Source: Heptranchias perlo
Taxonomy: Eukaryota
Assembly (NCBI RefSeq): GCF_035084215.1
Contig: NC_090345.1
Coordinates: 20,460,001-20,524,000, forward strand
Length of the DNA: 64,000 bases
Direction: 5' to 3'
The translations under genes were made by a program, and so were the position numbers. The first letter of the stretch is position 1. Every line of letters starts with the position of its first letter. The notes below the pieces were generated by a model. The model saw only the letters and a list, made by a program, of their open reading frames with translations. It made no database searches and was not told the origin of the DNA. This document shows, piece after piece, positions 12,901-24,900 of the stretch.

Positions 12901-15900
12901 GATATCTAAGGGTACACTTATGCTGCCACTACTGATCTGAGACCAATAGCTGGAGTATTGGTTCCAGCCAAGCACTACCTTGTTTATACGGCCTGATCCT
13001 GGAATTTTTCTGTCTGGGAATGAGCTCTGTTCATTCTTGCTTACACACTAGGCAGAGCTCCCCACCCAGTGGTTCAAATTTAAATGTTTAGAGAGTGCAG
13101 GCACAAGCACATTCTCTGATCATTCAAAACAACTCAGGATAATGTTAAAAAGCAGGAACAAGGTCCAACAGACCGCTCAAGTACTTGCTAAACTGGGCTT
13201 GATACTGCATTGGAATTATATGGACCCACACCACTTCTCTCAGATTGGGACCTCACTGCAACACTTCCATTGTTACAAAGCAGTTTCCAAGAAAACCCCT
13301 TTGCAGTGAAATCAGTATTCAGTTAAATGTAATGTTATGTTGCTTTCTTTCATTTGTAAACAATTTTACAACACCAAGTTATAGTCCAGCAATTTTATTT
13401 TAAATTCACAAGCTTTCGGAGGCTTCCTCCTTCCTCAGGTTCACCTGAGGAAGGAGGAAGCCTCCGAAAGCTTGTAAATTTAAAATAAAATTGCTGGACT
13501 ATAACTTGGTGTTGTAAAATTGTTTACAATTGTCAACCCCAGTCCATCACCGGCATCTCCACATCATGGCTTTCTTTCATAGCAGTGCATGATTAGTTAA
13601 TTTGACTTGTGATTGTTTCCTAGCTGTAAGCACCAACCTGAGGTGAACAGAGTTAAACATATTGAGCTCAGTTTTCTTCTCGGTGAAAAGGTACCAACTC
13701 TATTTGCATGAGCCAATGAAGTGTTCACATCCAAGAGAACACACATCAGATCAATGTGTCACATACATGATTTTTCCCCCTTCACCTTGAATGCAAGGAG
13801 CTAAAAACTTTAATAAGCAGAAACGAACATTTGGTTTGCAATCTCTAAAAGTTTTATTTTTTTAAATGGAAAAAGTATTCAACAATATTCATATGACATT
13901 CCTTTGTCTACCATCTTAATGGAGGCGTTAGTCTGTGTATTTTAAATGCGTTTACACCTCCTCTAAAATACGAGACAAAGCAACATCACATAAGTCTGCT
14001 AATAATGCCAATAATAATTTCTGGGTTTTAATCACATTGTAGGGAAGAATTAGCCAGGTCCTGTGGAATCACAATCATGCCATAAAACCATTTGCTACAA
14101 AGCACTTGAATATTAATATTACAGTCAATAATAATATTCTGTACCTTTTCAACAGTTTTCTGAATTCATCATGTTCCATTTCTATTCCTAGTTTATGTAA
14201 AACATTTTGAAATATGATTGGAAGCATTCTGCCATTATCCATCTTTGTAAAAAGATCTCTCAGTTCCAGTGGCCTGGAATTAAGACAAAATGGGAGTGTT
14301 ATGCAAATTTACACATTTGTACATTAAAATAACATTTTTTTAAAATTAGAGCAAAATGTGCCAGGGTGCTGAAACACACAGCAAACCAAGATGGTGGGAT
14401 ACAGGGTTGACCTTTCATTTCTGCTGAGTTTCCATACTGAGCTGCACTATGGTCCAAAGACCTAGCACATCAGAAGGAGAACCATTGCATGGCCCCATTA
14501 CACACCTCCTAGCCATCAGCTAAACACTGGCATTGGCAGAGGCCTTGGAGCAGGTCATCCATCCTCTCAGCTTCAAAAATGCAGGGATTAAAAAGAACTC
14601 TGTGGGGGGGAAAAGGGACTTAAATAGAGGAATTACCCAAAGTGCAGATTCTGCCCCTATCAAGTTTTAATATCACTGGAGTTTGAATTTAATGCATTTA
14701 ATGTCTCCTCTTCTTTATAAGAAAGAACGTTCTATAAAATGAGCATTTGTACTTTATTGATGTATCACATTGCATTGTGAAAAATACTGATTGCTTTTAG
14801 CAATATTGCTGGCTTGTGCATATATCCTATGAACCTATTTCAATGATACTGAATTTCTACAGTGTGATCAATGGATGCAAATGATTATATTTGCAACATT
14901 TTTTGCATAATAAAAGCCACCTTCTGCATGTTTATGAAACCACAATTCAATTGACCCACAGGGCAGAATATCATCACATGCTCTGGACCAATTTGTTGCT
15001 TTGTTTCTGTCCACATCCAATTATTCCTGTCCTCTGGCTTCCAATAAACTTACACTAACCCTGGAAGTAGAATTTAAGTAATCTTTTGAGTCCCGGCAGC
15101 TATTGCAAGAGCACAAAGGAAGGAGGCAATGGCATTGACAAGGGAGAAAATGCCATTTGGTAAACATCACTGTCCAGTTCCTAAGGATTTCACATGGTGT
15201 GAGTTCAACATCCCGTATTACTGCGCCGTGTCACTTTACGGTATAGTATAAGCTGCCTACATTTCTATGACAGAACTCCTTGGATAAAGTTATAATTATG
15301 CAGTCTTACCACTTGTTGGGTGTAAAAGTTATACAAACATACCAACTAAACATCCCACTGCCATTTAAAAGTAGACAACACTAAAAGTAGAGCTCACCAT
15401 TAATGAAGCATACTTTTTAAAAAACAATAGACTTAAAGTATTTCCTTAAAATTTAAAGCAAATAATTAAAAAGCTTCATTTTCTGTTTGTTATATGTACA
15501 TGCATGCTAGCATTAAACTTAAATTTACTGTCTTTGATAATATAATTTCCATTGGTTTTGACCAGTGTATGTCTAATGTTGATAGTGCTGGTTAATTTTA
15601 AAATTACAGTGGAGTTACAGAGGGAGAAATTCAACTTTCGGCCCTCCGTTTTGCACCCATATAATGGGAGTTAGGCCTCCGAATTTCGTGTTGCCACCTG
15701 TCGCGTCTGATCTGGACCAGGTGTCGTCCAGGGTGCCTGCCTGAAATAGGGGTTAGGCTCCTTACATATGCAAAACAGGGCCCAAGGAGCGATCACTCCA
15801 CCGATTTTACACCTGATTTTGGCGCTAGTCGAATTTCTCCCCCAAAGATCCTGAATAAGGGCTATGACTAATTTGTTAGTAGAGATCTGCCTGTACATGT

Positions 15901-18900
15901 AATACCCACACTGTCACAAGTCTTGTATTTATATCAGTATATAACTCAAAGACATAGATATTACCTCTCCCTAACTATTGCTTTCAATTGTATATGAACT
16001 TGCATTGCACTCATCCATTTGCTTTCATGGGGTCTTTTTATAGGATCCATCCAAGCTGGATAACCCTTTGGTTCTTGTTCTTTGAAGTGCGAATAAAAGT
16101 TTTCAAAAGTAATGATGAGGTTTTCGTTAAGTTTAAGTCTGTAATGAGACAAGTGATAAATATTGAACAGTACTCATCAGTAAAAAAGTTGAACAATATG
16201 TTAGTAGGTCATGTAATGGACTGGGACACTACTATTTGAATTAAAATTCTGGCTTATGTTCACATCTTAGGCTTTCACTAGAGGGTAAATTGACAATATT
16301 GTCTGTACAAGTATAACAGGCAGTGTGTGAATCAGAGATGAGGTATGTTAACAAAAGAAAGGTGCAAATCAACAGAGTATCCACATTGAGTTGCAGCTCT
16401 TAGAACTACCTGTGTAACTGTTCCAAAAAAAAGATATTTCTTAAACATTTGTTACGATGGTAGTCTAAATTTTTATCTTTACTTTCTCACTATAAATATA
16501 ACAAATACATTTTAAAACCACCATGTTGGGGAGAAATTGAAACAAGGAGATTCTCCCTCTTAGTGGGAGATGTCAACATTGATAAAGAAAAATACAAATT
16601 AGCTCCATGAAAAATTATGGAAATATATATGGTTGTTTTCCATAACAATAACAGCAACTTGCAATAATATAACGCCTTTAACATAGTAAAATGTCCCAAG
16701 GCGCTTCACAGCAGCATTATCAAACAAAATTTGACACCGAGCCACATAAGGAGGTATTAGGACAGGTGACCAAAAGCTTGGTCAAAGAGGTAGGTTTTAA
16801 GGTGCATCTTAAAGTTTCTTAATTCAATCCCACAAGCAGAACTTTTAAGATGGTAACCAAGGTGCCTTCCACATTTCCAACAGCCCAAACTAAAATTAAG
16901 TTTAATATAGTAAAAAAGTAAATTATACTGGTATCATATTTTGTATCACACATGATATAGATAAAAAATAATAAGCCGTTGAATATAGAATTTATCCCAC
17001 TTATTATCAATATCTACGCAATTCATTTGAGTAATCCTATCTCCTCACTAGTAAAATAAAACCTGTATGTAACAGCCCACTATTCAGTATCCTCTACTAA
17101 ATAAAATGTCCAGCATCTAGAGTACATTTTAGCACATACCTGAGTAACAGATGATGGAACAGCTTTGTAGCAATGAATCTTCTCAGAAATCTAGTTAGAA
17201 CTATCAACAATACTTCCCTGAAGTATAGAAAAGTGAGAAAAAAATTGTGATTTGAACTGATTATGTTCATAAACAATCATTCTCAGTCTAATGCTTAATT
17301 CTACTGGATTACAGGGGCATGATTTTGACCTCAAGCCGGGAAGGGAGCCGGTGTTGGGGGGGGGGGGAAGACAATTTTTGGGTGCGAAACCCAGAAGGTA
17401 AGTTGGCAGGTTGCAATCGCGACCTGAATGAAGTCAACAAATTTTATTTCTGGGCTTCGCGCCCGGCAGCAAGCCTGATGAACAGGCTCGCTGGCTGTCG
17501 GGCAGGTAGGCCTGTGGGAGCAGGCTGCAGCCGGGGATCGGAGGGAGGGAGGGATCATGGGCCAGGGAGGACATCAGAGGGCTGGGGAGAAGATCCTGGG
17601 CCAGGAGTTGGGCATTGGGGGGCCGGGGAGGACATCAGAGGGCCGGGGAGAAGATTATGGGCCAGGATTTGGAGATTGGGGGGCCGGGGAGGACATTGGG
17701 GAGTCGGGAGATGGAGATCGGAGGGCCAGGGAGGACATCAGGGGGCCGGTCAGAAGATCCGGGGGCCGGGGAGGACATCGGGGGGGGGGGGGGGGCAGGG
17801 AGATGATTGCAGGCCGGGAGGTGGAGATGGGGGGTCTCTGCCGGGACTTGGAGATTTGAGGTCGCTCAAAGAGGTTAGAGATCGGAGGTCGGGTGAAGTC
17901 GGAGGTAGGTGGGAGGTCAACATCTTGTGGGGGGGGGGGGGGGGTGTGTCCACCATCAGGGTGGGAGGGGGGTGGCCAATCGCGGGGCTCCTGTCAGCCA
18001 GTTGAGCTTGTTGGGCCTGGATGAAGCACTCGCCTCATGGATTCGGCCGTTCCTGCCTGGTTTCACCTGACGTGCATTGGAAGCGATGGGCAACCCGAGG
18101 AAGGTAAGGTTAAATTCATTTAGGTTTTCCAATACACAAAGAATTAAGTACCTCAAGTATTTTAATGAAGTACATTGCCCCTTTAAGTATCGGCCTGCCG
18201 GCTTTAATTGGGGTGGGACTTCCTGGTGTCTGTTGTGCACATGCATCCAAAACTGCTTGGGTTAAACCTGGAAGCAGGTAAGTTGGAGCCGGATTGCGGT
18301 CCTGCTCCAAAAGGCTGCTATTTTAGCCTTCCACCTGCCCCCAACCCATCCATTCTTGGGATTAAAATTGCCCCCACATCTCTGTACTAAGCCAGCCGTT
18401 ATTGCGTGTTTGCTTACATCTGTCCTATTCAAATGAATATATGATGTATGTTTTTAATTAACTGAAAAATCTTAACGAGCAGGCAAGAATTATCTGAATA
18501 ACTAAAACTCAATAAATTTAAGAGAACCCTTCTTACTCTAACCCCTGAGAAACAATTTAATGTAGATAAACTGCACTGGCGTGGTGTGCTACTGAGTCAT
18601 ACAGATCAGCAATGTAGCCATGTACAAAGAATTGGAAAGGGATATGGGGAAAATTCCTGGACTTCAAGCGAGGGAAAAAGGGGGAACCTATGCTATGCTA
18701 GAAAATTTGAAGAGGAGCACATTCCTCCTGTGGTTGCATCTATGATTCAGATGAAGACCTCGGTTCAGCATGTACAAAATTCATTTTTCACCAAAGTGAG
18801 CATTTAACCAAGAGTATTTATTTAACATTTTTGATCATTTGCTCAGTACTTGCAAACCCTGGTCAATCCTGGTCTGTATTGAGTTAGTTGATATCAGCCA

Positions 18901-21900
18901 GTGCAGTGATGGGGACACCACTAATGGGCTCAATGATCTGGGCTAAGAAAAAAACTCAGCCAGTGGCCCCAGTCCTGATCGTTATCTCGTGATCGCTGTG
19001 GGAAAATGCGAGCTTGTGGCCACTGGTTGAGAACAGGATCGGGCTTGGCTATGATATTCCCCATGGTAAAAAAGCTACTGGCACTCAAGGATAGATTTTC
19101 CAATACAAGTGCAGTTTACTCCTGAGAAGTTGGAAGTGGGTGCAAAGCTCACCCAAAGTGTGATGTGCTGATTGCATGCTATTTTCTGTGCTTAGCTCAT
19201 TATCATAATTATTCATAGCTCCAGATGCAGATTTGGATGTGTGAAGGGAGGTAACCTGGTGATGGAACCAATGATCTCTGCCGAAGTTGCTGATCAGGTT
19301 CACCCAATGTACACCTGTTAATAAGGCAACGCCGATCAGAGAATCTGTGTTTCGCTGTGTTTGCTCTTTCATTAAGAACGGCCACTTGCCCCGTGACCTG
19401 CACTTACAAAGCCTGACAATCCTACCTGGGCAATGCAGATGAGGCCTGTCTTTGCTGCCTCTGCTTCACAAGGGAGGCTGTCACTGAACTATGTCATCTC
19501 ATCGAGGCTGACCTGTAGACAACTTCTCGACAGGGACAGCTCTTCCTGTGGGTATGAGGGTCAGTGCTGTACTATTGGGGAGGAAAAAGCATAAAGTGCA
19601 GAACTATCTAAATAAAACTGACAGTTGTATTGAGGTTCATGCTGGTTGTCTCCAAAAATCTGGCAGATTTCTTTGCCATGAAAAGCAGTGGACTGTACAT
19701 TAGACACATGCATTTCAGCATATGATTTTCTTATGACTTCCCAGCCAGTGATTCTCCACACAGCCTGTGAAACCTCACAAAATTTACCTTTAGCTATAGG
19801 AAATGAAATCTGACTTACATTGTTAAAATTATACCACACTAATGCTTGCCTAAGTTTTAAAATAATCTAGATCACAATAAGGAAAAAGACTTTGTGCTTC
19901 ACCTTGTCAAATGACCTCTGCCAGTAGGATCATTTGCCTGAAAAAGCTGCTTTAGAGTGTAGAATCCACCAGATCTGATCTTTTCATGCAGAAGATATTG
20001 AAGCTGGAAAACCAGTGAGGGAAGGTACATCAGATCCAACAAAATGTCACATGTAAACTTTATTCTGTAGTATACTGTTACAATTCAAGTTTTCTCCCAA
20101 CATTATTTACGCATGTTCACAGAAGAAAACAGTTCTATAAGCAAACCCACATCATCTATGATCTGAAACTTGCTATCTTCCACATACCATAAATGGGATA
20201 GTGTGAAACAGGACTAACAATTACACTTTTAACACAGTGTTAAGCATTGGAGCCCACTTTGCCCTCCTGTCCACTCTGAAAAGCAGAAAACACCACCTTA
20301 TCATAATGTACCATTCAGGCTAAAACTAATAGTTAGACTGATTTACTATGAATGCGATTACAGCAAAGTACAGCAAATAACCAGCAGTATAATATTTGAT
20401 CTGCACAATGATTAAGCTATTGCAAAATGAAATAATAGAGTCCAGAATCTTAGTGTCCTTTTCAAAACGTCATGTTGTAAATCATGCGATAGTACATATC
20501 TGTTCATGTGTGTTGTGTGGTTTTATGGCTTTTGCATTTTGTTGCTTAATCAGTAACTGTTGAAAATTTGTGACTGTTACCTGAAAATTGAACACTTACT
20601 CTAGCTATCAAATTTTTGATTAAAAACAATATACATCAAAACATATAATGCTTTATTTTTGACTAGGTTCAGCCAATTGTTTTGAGTTTATATAACTTGA
20701 ATTCACATACAGGTACAAAATATGCAAACCTGACATAAGCAAATTCCTGGGAAAAATAAGCAAATTTCTGTAAATTACCAATCTGTTCCTAGTATAGTCC
20801 AAGCTGATACAGTTAGCCCTGTTGCCCCCAAAAATATACCTTCATTTTGACTGTCCCAAATTATTCCAAATAATATTTCACTGTATTTAGGGACAATTAT
20901 GCAGCCTTAATAATAGCCCTGCCTTTATATTCAAAAGGTCACCATGGCTTTGAACCAGAAGGATGCCTGCCACTTGAACCCACCTGCTGTCAGAATCTCT
21001 TCTGAGCTTTACAGCCCGCTGGAGTGCCTTAAGATAGCTGCACGTTGCACCTTTGAGTAGGAACAGCTGAGATCTCTGTTCTACACCTAGCAGTGCAAAT
21101 GCTGCTTTTGGCCTCTGTAATCCTAAACTGCAGAGGGGAAAGAAATCAGTCAGATCCCCTGCTCTTGACCGCTACCCAGTGATCCCAACCGGAAGTAAAT
21201 GTAACAAAGCTGGAAATCTGAACGAAGAATAGAAAATCTTGGTCTGCCATTGCCAAGGCCACAATTTTTTTATCTCTCAATAGGTGGGATTAGATTTACT
21301 GAGTGTGGAGGTGAATCAGATTTTCTGTGGAAGGAAAGATGATTAAGCGTAACAAGAGCAAGAGCACAGTAAATTAAGTACATTATTGAAAAGAAAATCT
21401 ATCCTGAGATTCTAATAAAACTGTAATGAATATTTACAAAGAATCTCTATTGTCATGTTAGTTATTAATTAAGAGCTCATCATCAGATTGTCACAAATAT
21501 TATAAAAGGTATCAAAAGTGTTAGAAACTCATCCATCTATCATGAATATGTAACCAGTTCAGCTCAGTAAGAAATTCATTTGTAAACTATTTGAACAGCA
21601 AGGAGCATTTAAATCAGCAGGAAACTTATAATGAACATCCTTTTTTCTTCTGTTGCTTTCAGTTCACTTGCAAAGAAGAGCACAATGATACCATTATACG
21701 TCTGAGATCCTTGACTGAAAAACCATATGAATGAAGTTCTGTGCTTTCTGACACCCCTAACTTTAAGATTCCCTTTGCAGTTCAAATGTTTTAAGCGCAA
21801 GGTCTTTTGTTTGAATAATGCTCATACTTTCTAAATTAAATAAGATTTTGCCACCATTCTTAATTAAATTCTGACTTTTTTCCCACCGTAAGAACAGTAG

Positions 21901-24900
21901 AATGACCACTGGTTTCCTCTAAAATTCTCCACATGGCGGCCCATCACCAGCAATCTGGTTTTATTCAGGGCAGGGAACAAACTGCCAGTTATAGTATCAC
22001 TACACAGTGCATAGTTAAGGTAGTGCTTTTAATTTTAAAAAATGAAAAATTATAACTAAGTTTTTAAAAAAACCTGTAAATGAAATGAATGTAAAAGAAT
22101 AGAACCATGTTTCAATATTAAAAGCCTAACATGTGCCCAAATGAAAGGATGCTAGGGTTGCAGAGCTCAGGCTGCAGGACCTCTGCTTTGTGAGCTTTAC
22201 GCTCACACAGGTTAGGAACAACCATTCCAGCTGCATCTCCTGCAGTTGATCTGGTTATATATTTAGTGTGAGGTCCTGGCCTGGATTGGGCCTGCTGCCT
22301 ACAGCATGCTCAATTGTGGGCAGGAAATCCATTGCAGCTGCAGCCCCTTTACAGGCTACACCTGGCACTTGAAGTGGAGGCCATTTTGTTGGACTTGAGA
22401 AACACAGACAGCAAGTGGATCAATGGAAAGCAATGGTGCTGTGCCAATTAAGAACGCCAGCATTTAGTGCCACAGCTCTGGAGCTGCTGCATCAGGAAGT
22501 TAGCCAAATTAGAATTGCTGTGTCTGTCACTCTCCCCAAAGGAGAACCATCTAGACTCATGAGAGGAGATGCCCTAAAGAGTTGATGCAGTGCCCCACAT
22601 TCAGAGGGCCATGGGGGAAATAAGGAAGAAGTTTGCCATCCTCATAAAGCTGGTGAAGGTAAGATTGTCCAGCACTTTTCTACAAAAAATAAATAAGCAA
22701 AGCATGTATGTGACAGAGTTTCCTTTCAACCTGTTACATCTTGACTGGGTCCACATGAAAGCATTCGTACAACTTACAGCTCTTGGTAGTTTCACAAGCA
22801 TACCCATATTGCAGCGAAGCAAACTTTCTAATTGCAACTTCAAACTAGAACTATTGTCACACTAACATTTGCAAAGATGAGTTCACAAAGTAAGCTATAT
22901 AAAAAAAGAAAGACTTACATTTATATAACGCCTTTTATGATCTCAGGATGACCCAAAGTGCTTAACAGCCAATGAACTACTTTTTTGAAATGTAGCCACT
23001 TGTAATGTAGGAAGCGCAGCAGCCAATTTGCCCAGAGCAAGGTTCCACAAACAGCAATGTGATAATGACCAGATAATCTGTTTTTAGGTGTTGGATGAGG
23101 GATAAATATTGGCCAGGACACGAGTGAGTGAGTGAGTGAGTGAGCTTCTAGTTCTAATACCTGAAAACTGCTTGCAAGACAAAGTAATACACAACAAGAG
23201 GACGCAGATCCACACAGGAGCAATGTTCAAGAACTTTCTTCCCCTAAATACATTTGGGAAGGCTGCCCTGGAAGTCCTGAGGCTTGAAATTATAGATGAT
23301 GTAGGGCAGGGTAAAGCTAATGGCCTCCCCAAAGCCAAGGGAGCACCATCCTTTACCTAGTCCTGTTTCTCCACTCACTTGGTGCTCAAGTGGGCAGGAC
23401 CACTCAACCCCTATGCACCATATATGGCTGCATAAGTTGCAAGGCTATTTCATGGCCCAGCACAAGGATTAACAGGGTAACTTCAAGCCCAAGTCAGCTA
23501 CCACTGACACCCGACAGCCATCTGCCTCATTTATTCATGCTCTGCAGAAGCACCTAAAAGGAACATTAGGTTAGGTAGTCGAAGACACATATTATATACT
23601 GTGACCAAGGGTAAGCACTGGGGTGAAACACACTAGATGCATGCACTCATCAATTTTACAGTTAAATTTGGGTTGTACTTGATTTGAAATCTGTCCAGAA
23701 AATTTTCTTTTGTAGAATGAAGTAGCAGCAGATCAAGAATAGGCATCAACAGTAGTTGAATTAATGCAGAGGACAATGTTGGTGAACGTATATTGGGCCA
23801 CTGCATATGACTCTTTGTGTACAGACTGGCTCAGGCATTTAGGTGAAGGTCTCATCCAGCACATCCAGCCTATGACTCTCGTTGTCTTGCTTTTTCAGTG
23901 GGAATCTCTTCCAGGTCATTGGAACCCAGCCTCATTTCAATATAATTTGCACATATTAAAATGAAACTGTCACAAAGAATATGCAAAAACACTGTGGACC
24001 AGCCTAAAAGCTTAACCAGAAGATTCACTGTTGTGTTATTTGGATGAGGATCTCGTGAGATGGATCTCTGCCTGATTTTCTGGTCCCTACTTGCCCAGTC
24101 CATGCCGACCAACCATTTTCCCTACTGTTCCTTTAAGCACACCTGTGCCTATATTTGATGGGTACAGGGCAAAATTCTAAATTCAGTGTTACCATTAGAT
24201 TTTGTTAAGTAATATTCAAACTTAACATTGATTACATGTCTTATTGCAGTTTGCCCCAACCATTCAAAATTTTCATTTCTTATTGCCTGTAATCTTTCTT
24301 AAACATCTATTTGAGTATTACATCAGGCAATAGCAGCACACTAAATATAATGCAATAAGAAATTATATATAATCTTAAAAAATACAGCTCCTAGATCCCT
24401 CACCTCATCAATCTGCAGTCTCATCTGGGTCCCTGGCCTTGACGAAATAATTGTCTGCATGTCATGATCAGCCATTCTGGGCTCACTGGCCCACGGCTTT
24501 TCTAATAAACACAAAATCACTATCGTTATCACCTACAAGTGTCAATTCCTTCAATGTAGTTTCTGATAAATAAAGTTAGATTGTTCAATTTCGTTATAAA
24601 TTTTAATTTCTATAAATATGGCTATGCTCTGTTGTGTAACTATTTTCTTAATTAGTTGTCATTTTCATCAAGCATTTGCAAATATCTGCTAAGTTTTTTT
24701 TATTTGCCTTTGCTCAACCTTTCATTTATTTTTTATCCTGATTATAAGATTCCCCTGTAAATCATCAATTCTTGATCCAAAGGGTGCTTAGGCAACTAAC
24801 CTTACTGCCAGCAGCCATTATAGGTGTAAAAGAATGGCTCCGGGTGACTCAATCACCAATTTTTCTCTCCTTCCCAATGTGAAAGAGCTAAACCCGCACT

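Noticed and set aside
14956-15060. Extra minus-strand exon candidate (also 20840-20880)
   Set aside because: Stops or incompatible phases; the neighbouring exons already join in frame
17319-18005. 228-aa Gly-rich ORF and overlapping ORFs
   Set aside because: By-product of the G-rich tandem repeat inside a MITE
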